Part shown: positions 11,127 to 20,620 of the stretch, piece by piece
Numbering within the stretch: position 1 is the first letter of the stretch
Layout of the letters: every line of letters begins with the position of its first letter
Origin: Tidjanibacter sp.
Lineage (GTDB): Bacteria; Bacteroidota; Bacteroidia; Bacteroidales; Rikenellaceae
Direction: 5' to 3'
DNA length: 64,000 nucleotides
Assembly: GCA_017503465.1 (NCBI GenBank)
Contig: JAFVSY010000109.1
Location: 2,726-66,725 of the forward strand
Position numbers and translations under genes: made by a program
Notes under the pieces: model-generated
Told to the model about the DNA's origin: nothing
Databases searched by the model: none
What the model saw: the letters and a program-made list of their open reading frames with translations, nothing else

Positions 11127-11171
11127 CAATAGCAGCGAGAAAAACGTCTAACCAATACCTAATATTTAATT

Positions 11172-12380
11172 ATGGAGAAAACTTGGAGGTGGTTCGGCCC
11201 CAACGATGTCATCACCCTGCCTATGTTGCGCCAGATTGGCGTGGAGGGCATTGTGTCGGCACTGCACAGCGTGCCCAATGGTGAGGTGTGGACCCCCGAG
11301 GCCATTGCAGCCTACAAAGCAAACATCGAACAACACGGCCTGCGTTGGTCGGTAGTGGAGAGCCTGCCCGTGTGTGAGGCCATCAAGTATGGCGGCCCCG
11401 ATAGGGAGAGGCTCCTGGCCAACTACCGCACCTCACTTCGCAACCTCGGCGAGGCCGGCGTGCGCACCGTGTGCTACAACTTTATGCCCGTGATTGACTG
11501 GATTCGCACCGACCTGGAGCACCTCAACCCCGACGGCACCAAAACCCTCTACTTCGACAAACTGCGCTTTGCCTACTTCGACCTGAAGATTCTCGCACGC
11601 AAGGGTGCCGAAGCCGACTACACCGAGGAGGAACTCCGCAAGGTGGCCGAGATGGACAAGACTATGACCCAGGCCGAGAAGGATGCGCTGGTCTACACCA
11701 TCATCATCAAAACGCAGGGTTTTGTCAATGGCAACATTCGTGGCGATGAGTTCAACCCCGTGGAGATTTTCCGCAACCTGCTCGCACAGTACGACGGCAT
11801 CGACCGCAATGCTCTGCGCGAGAATATGAAATACTTCCTGGAGCAGGTGTGCCCCGTAGCCGAAGAGTATGGCGTGAACCTGTGTGTACACCCCGATGAC
11901 CCACCCTGCCAGGTGCTCGGCCTGCCCCGCATCGTAACGTGCAAGGAGGACTTCGAGTGGTTCCTCGATGCGGTGCCCACCCACTCCAATGGCCTCACCT
12001 TCTGTGCAGGCTCGCTCTCCTCGGGTGCCCACAACGATGTGGCAGCAATGGCCGAGCAGTTTGCTCCCCGCACCCACTTCGTACACCTGCGTAGCACCAA
12101 TACCCTCGAGGGTGGCAACTTCATCGAAGCAAGCCACCTGGCCGGCAGGGCCAACCTCATTGAGACCACCCGCATATTCCTGCGTGAGGAGCAGAGGCGC
12201 AAGGAGGCCGGTATGGTCGATTGGCAACTGCCAATGCGAGTGGACCACGGCCCACTGATGCTCTCCGACGACGGCAAAGAGGGCTACAACCCGGGCTACT
12301 CGTTGCTGGGCCGAGCAAAGGCTCTGGCCGAGATGTCGGGCGTGATTGCCACCATTGAGAAGTACTACGACAAGTTGTAG
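11172..12380 (+). CDS. uxuA: Mannonate dehydratase
   Basis: TWRWFG, WSVVES, CYNFMPV.DW.RT, HPDDPP, HFVHLR and MRVDHG motifs. Confidence 0.95.
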   Translation: MEKTWRWFGPNDVITLPMLRQIGVEGIVSALHSVPNGEVWTPEAIAAYKANIEQHGLRWSVVESLPVCEAIKYGGPDRERLLANYRTSLRNLGEAGVRTVCYNFMPVIDWIRTDLEHLNPDGTKTLYFDKLRFAYFDLKILARKGAEADYTEEELRKVAEMDKTMTQAEKDALVYTIIIKTQGFVNGNIRGDEFNPVEIFRNLLAQYDGIDRNALRENMKYFLEQVCPVAEEYGVNLCVHPDDPPCQVLGLPRIVTCKEDFEWFLDAVPTHSNGLTFCAGSLSSGAHNDVAAMAEQFAPRTHFVHLRSTNTLEGGNFIEASHLAGRANLIETTRIFLREEQRRKEAGMVDWQLPMRVDHGPLMLSDDGKEGYNPGYSLLGRAKALAEMSGVIATIEKYYDKL

Positions 12381-12455
12381 GGGAAGGGGCGCAGGGTGCA
12401 ACAAACCATACAGACGAAAGAAGAAAAATCATACCAATAATCTAAAAGAGAGACT

Positions 12456-13271
12456 ATGAACGAACAATTCAGCATTGAAGGAAAAGTTGCCGTAATTACC
12501 GGAGCAGGTGGTGTTCTGGGTGGCAGCATTGCAAAGAGTTTCATCCAGCAGGGCGCAAAGGTGGCCATTCTCGACATCCGCCCCGAGCAACTCAACGCCC
12601 GTGTGGAGGAGTTGCGCGCTATGGGTGGCGAGGCTATGGGCTTTGTGGCCAACGTGCTCGACGTGGAGGGCCTCAAGAAGATTGCCGACGAGATTGTGGA
12701 GAAGATGGGCACCGTGGATATCCTCATCAACGTGGCCGGTGGCAATATGCCCGGTGCCAGCATTGCCGACGACAGCAGCATCTTTGAGATGAGTATTCCC
12801 GACTACGAGAAGGTGTGTGCTCTGAACCTCAACGGCTCGGTCTACCCCTCGCTGACCATCGGTAAGATTATGGCCGAGAAGGGCAAGGGTGCCATCGTGA
12901 ACATCGCTTCGATGGCCTCCTATCAGGCCATCACCCGCCAATTTGGCTACTCGGTGGCCAAGACCGGCATCGTGTGCTTCACCCAATGGATGGCGATGGA
13001 GATGGCTATGAAGTTTGGCGACGGTGTGAGGGTGAACGCAATCGCCCCCGGTTTCTTCATCGGCGACCAGAACCGTGCACTGCTCATCAACCCCGACGGC
13101 TCGCTCACCGAGCGCAGCAAGAAGGTGTTGGCCAAGACCCCGATGAACCGCTTTGGCGACATCAACGAGCTCAATGGTGCTGTTCAGTTCCTCTGCTCGG
13201 ATGCGGCAAGTTTCATCACCGGCACGGTGCTCCCCATTGACGGTGGTTTCAACTGCTTCAGCGGCGTGTAG
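12456..13271 (+). CDS. SDR family oxidoreductase, probable D-mannonate oxidoreductase (UxuB-like)
   Basis: TGAGGVLG, YSVAK catalytic motif, RVNAIAPGFF..DQNR; directly downstream of uxuA. Confidence 0.85.
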   Translation: MNEQFSIEGKVAVITGAGGVLGGSIAKSFIQQGAKVAILDIRPEQLNARVEELRAMGGEAMGFVANVLDVEGLKKIADEIVEKMGTVDILINVAGGNMPGASIADDSSIFEMSIPDYEKVCALNLNGSVYPSLTIGKIMAEKGKGAIVNIASMASYQAITRQFGYSVAKTGIVCFTQWMAMEMAMKFGDGVRVNAIAPGFFIGDQNRALLINPDGSLTERSKKVLAKTPMNRFGDINELNGAVQFLCSDAASFITGTVLPIDGGFNCFSGV

Positions 13272-13302
13272 CGCAAGGAGTAACAAATTTATCCGATTTT
13301 AT

Positions 13303-13340
13303 GCACAGGATGTCCACAGAAGGGCATCCTGTGCTCGTTT
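13303..13340 (+). terminator. Hairpin, probable terminator after uxuA-SDR
   Basis: GCACAGGATGTCC / GGGCATCCTGTGC stem; weak U tract. Confidence 0.55.
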
Positions 13341-13358
13341 GAAGAGTTCTTGCGGGGC

Positions 13359-13422
13359 GTACTATTTTGCGACACTCTCGAACAAAGTTGATATTTTATT
13401 AGGAGTATAATGGGTTTCTTTG
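13359..13422 (+). promoter_or_regulatory. Promoter of the esterase-GH88-susC operon with candidate HTCS operator
   Basis: GTAC/GAAC half-sites 21 bp apart (13359, 13380); degenerate -7 box TTTCTTTG at 13415. Confidence 0.5.
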
Positions 13423-13480
13423 CATCAGATAAGATGTGCGCACACAATAGGGTGCACACACCCAACCTAAACAACCTCAA

Positions 13481-15007
13481 ATGAAGATGAAACTTTTCAA
13501 ATCGCTTTTGCTGATTGTTGCCCTCGCAATGGGCACCTGCTCGTGTGAGGACAACGAGCCTGTAGTGGGCAAGCACCCCAGCAAAACCCCAACCATCGAG
13601 ATTGACCCCAATGCCGACCCCAGCACGCTCTGGATGCCCGTGTTCCTGAGCGACGGTATGGTTGTGCAGCAAAACTCCAACGCCACGCTGTGGGGTAAGA
13701 CCAACCCCGGAGCAACCGTCTTGGGCTATGGCTCGTGGGACAACAAGGGCGTAACCACCACCGCCGACACTGACGGCCGTTGGAGGTTGGATATTCCCAC
13801 TCCCGCCGCCTCGTTGGAGCCCTTTGTGGTAACCATCAAAGACTCCCACGGTGGCTCCAAGAGCGTCAAAGACGTGCTCGTGGGCGAGGTGTGGCACTTT
13901 GCAGGCCAGAGCAATATGGAGATGCCTATGAGGGGCTTCGGCTCGGTGGCCAATGGCAACTACCAGCCCGTGACCAATGCCGACAAGGAGATTGCCGCAG
14001 CCGCCTCGCTGCCCCACCTGCGCTACTTCAAGGTGGGCTACAAAGCCTCCGACGTGCCCCTGGACGACGTGAGAGAGAACAAGTGGTGGAGAGCGAGCAT
14101 CGCCTCCGAGGCCAAGGAGTTCAGCGCCATTGCCTTCTTCTGCGGTCGCAAGATGGCCACCGAACTCAATGTACCCGTCGGCATCATCTGCACCCCCTAT
14201 GGTGGTACCCGCATTGAGGCGTGGATGCCCGCCGAGAGGCTCAAAACATTTGATGCAAACGACTATAAAACCGCTTCCGAGTTGAGCGAGGCTGCCGCCA
14301 AGAAGAGTGCCCCCGGGTTGCTCTACAACGGAATGGTCTGCCCCATCCAGAACTACACCATTCGTGGTTGGGCCTGGTATCAGGGCGAGAGTAACCGCGA
14401 CAACTCCCACGCCTATGCCCGCTTGCAGCAGGCTATGGTGGAGGAGTGGCGCAAGGCCAAAGGCGACACCAATGCCGAAATCCCCTTCTACTATGTGCAA
14501 ATCAGCGGCACCGGCAAAAACACCGACACCTATGGTGCCGACCTCATTCAGGCACAGTGGGACGCACTCAAACTCATCCCCAACAGCGGCATTGTAACCT
14601 CCTCCGACTGTGGCGACCAGGTGCAAGGCGTTCACTATCCCAACAAGAAAGCCCCGGGCGAGCGACTCGGCAACCTCATACTGCACGACATCTATGGCCG
14701 CACCGACCTCCAAGTGGCACCGCCGATGGTGGAGAGCGTGAAGTATGAGGGCGGAAAGGCTATCGTTTCGTTCAGCAACGGCGAGGGGCTCCACGCAACC
14801 GAGAACACCATCCCTTATGTTCAGTTGGTAGACGCCGCAGGCAACCTCCACACCGCCACCGCCACCATCGTCAATGGCAAGATGGAGGCAAGCAGTGCTG
14901 CCGTGGCAGAGGCCAGGGGCGTGAGGTACTGCTATATGAGCTGGCACCTCTCCACGGTGTTCAACGGTGCGGGTATTCCGCTGGCTCCCTTCAAGCACTC
15001 CAAATAG
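13481..15007 (+). CDS. Sialate O-acetylesterase-like (SASA/DUF303) lipoprotein
   Basis: GEVWHFAGQSNMEM, GGTRIEAW, WYQGESN and VHYPNK motifs. Confidence 0.85.
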   Translation: MKMKLFKSLLLIVALAMGTCSCEDNEPVVGKHPSKTPTIEIDPNADPSTLWMPVFLSDGMVVQQNSNATLWGKTNPGATVLGYGSWDNKGVTTTADTDGRWRLDIPTPAASLEPFVVTIKDSHGGSKSVKDVLVGEVWHFAGQSNMEMPMRGFGSVANGNYQPVTNADKEIAAAASLPHLRYFKVGYKASDVPLDDVRENKWWRASIASEAKEFSAIAFFCGRKMATELNVPVGIICTPYGGTRIEAWMPAERLKTFDANDYKTASELSEAAAKKSAPGLLYNGMVCPIQNYTIRGWAWYQGESNRDNSHAYARLQQAMVEEWRKAKGDTNAEIPFYYVQISGTGKNTDTYGADLIQAQWDALKLIPNSGIVTSSDCGDQVQGVHYPNKKAPGERLGNLILHDIYGRTDLQVAPPMVESVKYEGGKAIVSFSNGEGLHATENTIPYVQLVDAAGNLHTATATIVNGKMEASSAAVAEARGVRYCYMSWHLSTVFNGAGIPLAPFKHSK

Positions 15008-15059
15008 AGGAATTTTCAAATTACCAAAAATCAAATAACTACAAAACCAATCAATCAGG

Positions 15060-17447
15060 ATGAAAAAACATCTTCTTACACTCGCATTGGCTGCCCTCGT
15101 GGCACTCCCCGGTGCTCTGGCCGCCACTCCCGACAAGAGTATGGCAAAGGTGATTGAGAAAGGGCTCTCACAGAGCGCAGCCCACGCCCTTGCTATGTAT
15201 GACGCTGTGAAAGACAAGGGCGAAAAATGTTTCCCTTGCAGTATGGACAAAGAGGGCAACCTCAAACTCATCGCCAGCCACGGCTGGGAGAGTGGTTTCT
15301 TCCCCGGTAGCCTTTGGTACCTTTGGGAGCACACCGGCGATGATGCTCTGCGCCTTGCAGCCGAGGATATGACCGAGCGCATCGCCCCCGAGCAGTTCAA
15401 CACCAACAGCCACGATGTGGGCTTCGTTGTCAATTGCAGTTTCGGCAACGGCTACCGCCTCACCGGCAAGGAGGCCTACCGCACCGCACTCATCAATGGT
15501 GCAAACTCGCTGGCTACCCGCTTCAACCCCGCAGTTGGTTGCACCCGCTCGTGGAATCGCAAGATGGAGGGTGGCGACTTTGTGGTCATCATCGACAATA
15601 TGATGAATCTCGAACTCCTCTGTGTTGGCGCAGGTTTGAGTGGCAAGAAAGATTGCTACGACGTGGCTGTGGCACACGCCACCACCACAATGAAAAACCA
15701 CTTCCGTGAGGATGGCAGTTCGCACCACGTTGTGGTCTACGACTCGGCAAGTGGCGACATCGTGAAGAAGTTCACCTATCAGGGCTTGGCCGACGACTCG
15801 GCTTGGTCGCGCGGACAGGCTTGGGGTCTGTATGGCTTCACCTATATGTACCGCACCACCGGCAACCGCGACTTCCTCGACCACGCCACCAAGATTGGTA
15901 AGTACATCCTCAACCACCCCGGTATGCCCAAGGACGGAGTTCCCTACTGGGACTTTATGGCCCCCGCAAAGAAGGAGACCCCCAGGGATGCCTCGGCTGC
16001 CGCACTGATGGCTTCGGCCTACGTGGAGTTGAGCACCTACGTGGAGGACGAGGCAACCTCGCAGGCCTTCCTCGACCTGGCCGAAAAGATGATTCGCTCG
16101 CTCAGTTCGGCGAAATACTTTGCAAAGCCCGGCACCAACGCCAACTTTGCTCTCAAACACAGCACCGCATTCTTGGCCAAGAATCGTGATGTGGATGCAC
16201 CCCTCGCCTATGCAGACTACTACTACATTGAGGCCCTCGGTCGCTACAAAAACCTCCTTGAGGGCAAACCCGCAGTGGAGGTGCGCACCCTCTTCTCGGA
16301 GAACGAGGACAGGGCTGTGTGGCTCGCCGCAATGGACCACATTGCTCGCCCATTCCTCTCCAACCTGGCAGCAGGCACTCTGAAGAAGAATATGCCCGTG
16401 GAGTCCAACAACGTGAACATCGCCACCCGCCACGCAGTAACCCACCTCGAGGGCCTCGGTCGTCTGATTGAGGGTATTGCTCCCTGGCTGGAACTTGGTC
16501 CCGATGCCACTCCCGAAGGACAACTCCGTGCGCAATACATCGATTGGGCCGTGAAGGGTATCGCCAACGCTGTGAACCCCGAGTCGCCCGACTACCTGAA
16601 CTTCAACAATGGCCGTCAGCCTCTGGTGGATGCCGCCTTCTTGGCGCACGGTCTGCTCCGTGCCCCCACCCAACTCTGGGGCAACCTGGACGAGGTAACC
16701 AAAGAGCGCCTCGCCAAGGAACTCAAATCGTCGAGGGTAATCAAACCCTCGGAGACCAACTGGCTCTTCTTCTCGGCAATGGTGGAGGCTGCTCTCTATG
16801 AGTTCACCGGCGAATGGGAGTTTGAGCGTGTGAAATATGCCTTCGACCGCCACAAAGAGTGGTACAAGGGCGACGGTTGGTATGGCGACGGCAAGGACTT
16901 CCACCTCGACTACTACAACAGCTTCGTGATTCAGCCTATGATGGTACAGGTGCTCGACGTGATGGCCAAGCACAACATTGAGGGTGCCGACTTCCTGAAG
17001 GTGGAAAAACTCCGCTACGCCCGCTATGCAGAGCAACAGGAGAGACTCATCTCGCCCGAGGGCACCTTCCCCGCAGTGGGCCGCTCGTTGGCCTACAGGT
17101 TTGGTGCATTCCAGGCACTGTCGGATGTGTCGTTGCGCCACTGGCTGCCCGCAGCAGTGAACCCTGCACAGGTGCGCTGTGGTCTGACCGCCGTGATTGA
17201 CCGAGTAATCAACGCCCCCGGCACCTTCACCGAAGATGGTTGGTTGCGTGTGGGCTTCTGTGGCTACCAGCCCTCCATTGGCGAGAGGTACATCTCCACC
17301 GGTAGTGTCTACCTCTGCTCGGCAGTCTTTGTTGCTCTGGGTCTGCCCGAGAGCGACCCCTTCTGGTCGGCTCCCGATGCCGATTGGACCGCCAAGAAGG
17401 TGTGGAGTGGTGTGGACATCCCCGTGGACAAGGCAATCAAAAAATAG
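15060..17447 (+). CDS. Fusion of GH88 unsaturated glucuronyl hydrolase and DUF2264/GH154 domain
   Basis: N half: GFFPGSLW, SHDVGF, IIDNMMNLE, WSRGQAW, YADYYYIEAL. C half: LEGLGR..GIAPWL, NWLFF, GDGWYGDG, DYYNSFVI, GRSLAYRF. Confidence 0.85.
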   Translation: MKKHLLTLALAALVALPGALAATPDKSMAKVIEKGLSQSAAHALAMYDAVKDKGEKCFPCSMDKEGNLKLIASHGWESGFFPGSLWYLWEHTGDDALRLAAEDMTERIAPEQFNTNSHDVGFVVNCSFGNGYRLTGKEAYRTALINGANSLATRFNPAVGCTRSWNRKMEGGDFVVIIDNMMNLELLCVGAGLSGKKDCYDVAVAHATTTMKNHFREDGSSHHVVVYDSASGDIVKKFTYQGLADDSAWSRGQAWGLYGFTYMYRTTGNRDFLDHATKIGKYILNHPGMPKDGVPYWDFMAPAKKETPRDASAAALMASAYVELSTYVEDEATSQAFLDLAEKMIRSLSSAKYFAKPGTNANFALKHSTAFLAKNRDVDAPLAYADYYYIEALGRYKNLLEGKPAVEVRTLFSENEDRAVWLAAMDHIARPFLSNLAAGTLKKNMPVESNNVNIATRHAVTHLEGLGRLIEGIAPWLELGPDATPEGQLRAQYIDWAVKGIANAVNPESPDYLNFNNGRQPLVDAAFLAHGLLRAPTQLWGNLDEVTKERLAKELKSSRVIKPSETNWLFFSAMVEAALYEFTGEWEFERVKYAFDRHKEWYKGDGWYGDGKDFHLDYYNSFVIQPMMVQVLDVMAKHNIEGADFLKVEKLRYARYAEQQERLISPEGTFPAVGRSLAYRFGAFQALSDVSLRHWLPAAVNPAQVRCGLTAVIDRVINAPGTFTEDGWLRVGFCGYQPSIGERYISTGSVYLCSAVFVALGLPESDPFWSAPDADWTAKKVWSGVDIPVDKAIKK

Positions 17448-17522
17448 TTTGTGCAGCACAATACTTATAAAATAAATATACATATCAACTAACACAAACA
17501 CTATCATTAAAACTTTCAAACA

Positions 17523-20500
17523 ATGAAAAACACTACTATTGGAAAAATCCTGCTTGTGGCCCTTGTGAGCCTTATGGCAGGTGTGACCAGTGTCAGTGCC
17601 CAGAGTCACAAGGTTACGGGTACCGTAACTGCTGACGATGGTTCGGCCATCATCGGCGCAAACGTGCTGGTGGTTGGTCAGACCCAGGGTACAACCACGG
17701 ACGTGAAGGGTAACTACTCCATCACCGTGGCCGACAAGGCTTCGTTGGAGTTCTCCTACCTCGGTTATGAGACTCAGATTGTGGCTGTGGGCAAACGCAG
17801 CCGCATCGACATCACTCTCACCAGCGACTCGCAAGTACTTGAGGACTTGGTGGTTGTAGGTTATGGTGTGCAGCGCCGCAGCGATGTGGCAGGCTCGGTT
17901 GCTTCGATTAAGGCCGAGGATATGAACATCTACCCCGCCTCGAACATCTCGGAGATGTTGCGTGGTTTGTCGGCAGGTGTGCAGGTAACCACCTCCTCGG
18001 GTGCCCCCGGTAGTTCGTCGAGCATCCAGATTCGTGGTTCTCGCTCACTGACCGCCAGCAACTCGCCCCTCTACGTTATCGACGGTGTTCCCTCGAATGC
18101 CACCGAGTTCAATATGATTAACAACAACGACGTTGCCTCCATCGAGATTCTGAAGGATGCAGCCGCACAGGCCATCTATGGTGCTCGTGCAGCAAACGGC
18201 GTTGTGATGGTAACCACCAAACGTGGCCAGAGTGGCAAGACCGAGGTGAACTTCGAGTCCACCATCAGTGTGCAGAGCCTGTGGAGGAACTTCAAGTACT
18301 ACGACCCCGAGTCGTGGGCAGAGTTGCGCCGCCACGCTATCGCCAACCAGATGGACATCGACGACCCCGACGCTATTGCAGCACTCGACCCCTCCTATGT
18401 GTTCGCAGACGACATTATGCAGAAGAACTGGGAAGAGGGCATTTGGACCGATTGGGAGAGCCTGATGATTAAACCCGCCGTGATGCAGAAGTACTCGCTC
18501 GGCATCCGTGGCGGCAATAAGAAACTCCGCTTCGCATCCAACTTTGGCTACACCAACCAGGACGGTATGATTGACGGCTCGGGCTACGAGCGTGGCAACC
18601 TCCGTGTGAATGCCGACTACGAGGCCTACAAGTGGTTGAGCATTGGTGTGAACACCTCGGTGAACAAGACTCTCCGTGATGCAGCCTACGGCTCGTTCAA
18701 CCAATTTATGACCCGTTCGCCCTACGGTATTGCATTTGACGAGGAGGGCAACATCACCAAGTACACCAACTCGGCAGGCGAGGTGAACCCCCTGTACAAT
18801 ATGCAGCACACCAAGGAGCAGACCGCACAGGATATGTTCCGCGTGAATGCCTTCCTGGAGTTGCGTCCCTTCAAGGGCTTCAGCTACAAGTTCAACGCCA
18901 CCCAATATGCACGCTTCGCAGAGGTTGGCTCCTACAACACCTCGCAGTACCTCGGTGGTGGCGGTGGTGGCAGCATCTCCAACAGCCGCGACTACAACTT
19001 TGTGATTGAGAACATTGTGAACTACAAGGTGCCCATCGCAAACAAAGACCACTCGCTCAACCTCACCGCAGTGCAGAGCTGGGACCGCGACTATATGACC
19101 AAACTCGAGGCACAGGCCAGCGATGTTCCCGTGGATTCGTTCTGGTGGAATATGATTGGCGATGGTGTTCCCACCAAGATTAACCGCTCGGTTAGCGAGA
19201 GTATCCTCGTTTCCTACCTGGCTCGTGCACAGTACAGCTACAAAGACCGCTACATTGTGAACGCCGCTGTTCGTTACGATGGTTCGAGCCGCTTTGGTGC
19301 CCAGAACAAGTGGGCCTTGTTCCCCTCGGTTGCAGGTGCTTGGCGCATCTCGGAGGAGCCCTTCCTGAAAGACTCGGAGGCTGTTTCGAACCTGAAACTC
19401 CGTTTGAGCTGGGGTTCGGTTGGTAACCAGAACGGTATTGGCAACTACACCACTCTGGGTGAGGCCGTGAGCTACGATATGGAGTTTGGCGACAACTACA
19501 TCATCGGCTACCTGCCCGGCAACACCATCCCCAACACCCGTCTGCGTTGGGAGACAACCACTTCGACCAACTTCGGTTTGGACTTCGGTCTTTTCAACAA
19601 CCGCATCCACGGTACCGTTGAGTACTACCTCACCCGCACCACCGACCTTCTCGTGAGCCGTCAGATTGAGAGCGTGCTTGGTTATACCTCTATGCTCGAC
19701 AACCTCGGTGAGACCAAGACCAATGGTTTTGAGCTTTCGTTGGGTGCCGACCTTGTTCGCAGCAAGGACTTCAACTGGAGCGTAGGCGTAAACTTCTCGA
19801 CCTTCCACAACGAGATTGTCCGCATCGACAACCGCAAGGATGAGAATGGCAACTACATCGACGATGTTGATAACAAGTGGTTCATCGGTCACCCCATCAG
19901 TGTCTACTACGACTACCTCGCAGAGGGCATTTGGCAGACCGACGACTTTGAGGGTAAGGATGCAAGTGGCAAGTGGATTATCAAACCCACCATCGACTCC
20001 GATGGCGATGGCGTAGCCGACCAAGCAGCAATTGTGCCCGATGTTGTTGTAGAGCCCGGCTCGGTTAAGGTTATCGACCACAACGGCGATGGCAAAATCG
20101 ACAAAGACGACCGACAGATTATCGAGCGCGACCCCGACTTCATCGCATCGTTCAACACCTCACTCAAGTGGAAAGGCTTTGACTTCTATATGGATTGGTA
20201 TGCAGTGTATGGCACGGTTAGGAAGAACGACTACCTCCACGGCTACAACCAGGGTGGTTCGTTGCAGGGCAAACTCAATGGTATTATGGTGGACTACTGG
20301 ACTCCCACCAACCCCAGCAACGAGTTCCCCCGTCCCTACTACGACCAGAGTCAATCGCACCACGTTTCTTTGTGCTATCAGGATGCATCCTACGTGCGTC
20401 TGCGCACCCTGTCGCTGGGCTACACTCTGCCCAACGCAATGCTGAAGAAGCTCAACGTGAAGAACTTGCGCTTTGCGGTTACCGCAACCAACCTCTTCAC

Positions 20501-20594
20501 CCTGACCGACTACCTGTCGTACAGCCCCGAAACCAGCGCAGGCAGCTATCCCGAGCCTCGCCAGTGGGCAGTTAGTGTAAACCTCAACTTCTAA
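17523..20594 (+). CDS. susC: SusC/RagA TonB-dependent transporter
   Basis: VVVGYG, PLYVIDG, LKDAAAQAIYGARAANGV, RYDGSSRFG and C-terminal Phe. Confidence 0.97.
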   Translation: MKNTTIGKILLVALVSLMAGVTSVSAQSHKVTGTVTADDGSAIIGANVLVVGQTQGTTTDVKGNYSITVADKASLEFSYLGYETQIVAVGKRSRIDITLTSDSQVLEDLVVVGYGVQRRSDVAGSVASIKAEDMNIYPASNISEMLRGLSAGVQVTTSSGAPGSSSSIQIRGSRSLTASNSPLYVIDGVPSNATEFNMINNNDVASIEILKDAAAQAIYGARAANGVVMVTTKRGQSGKTEVNFESTISVQSLWRNFKYYDPESWAELRRHAIANQMDIDDPDAIAALDPSYVFADDIMQKNWEEGIWTDWESLMIKPAVMQKYSLGIRGGNKKLRFASNFGYTNQDGMIDGSGYERGNLRVNADYEAYKWLSIGVNTSVNKTLRDAAYGSFNQFMTRSPYGIAFDEEGNITKYTNSAGEVNPLYNMQHTKEQTAQDMFRVNAFLELRPFKGFSYKFNATQYARFAEVGSYNTSQYLGGGGGGSISNSRDYNFVIENIVNYKVPIANKDHSLNLTAVQSWDRDYMTKLEAQASDVPVDSFWWNMIGDGVPTKINRSVSESILVSYLARAQYSYKDRYIVNAAVRYDGSSRFGAQNKWALFPSVAGAWRISEEPFLKDSEAVSNLKLRLSWGSVGNQNGIGNYTTLGEAVSYDMEFGDNYIIGYLPGNTIPNTRLRWETTTSTNFGLDFGLFNNRIHGTVEYYLTRTTDLLVSRQIESVLGYTSMLDNLGETKTNGFELSLGADLVRSKDFNWSVGVNFSTFHNEIVRIDNRKDENGNYIDDVDNKWFIGHPISVYYDYLAEGIWQTDDFEGKDASGKWIIKPTIDSDGDGVADQAAIVPDVVVEPGSVKVIDHNGDGKIDKDDRQIIERDPDFIASFNTSLKWKGFDFYMDWYAVYGTVRKNDYLHGYNQGGSLQGKLNGIMVDYWTPTNPSNEFPRPYYDQSQSHHVSLCYQDASYVRLRTLSLGYTLPNAMLKKLNVKNLRFAVTATNLFTLTDYLSYSPETSAGSYPEPRQWAVSVNLNF

Positions 20595-20620
20595 TCCCCT
20601 TGATGAATATAGTAAAGACT

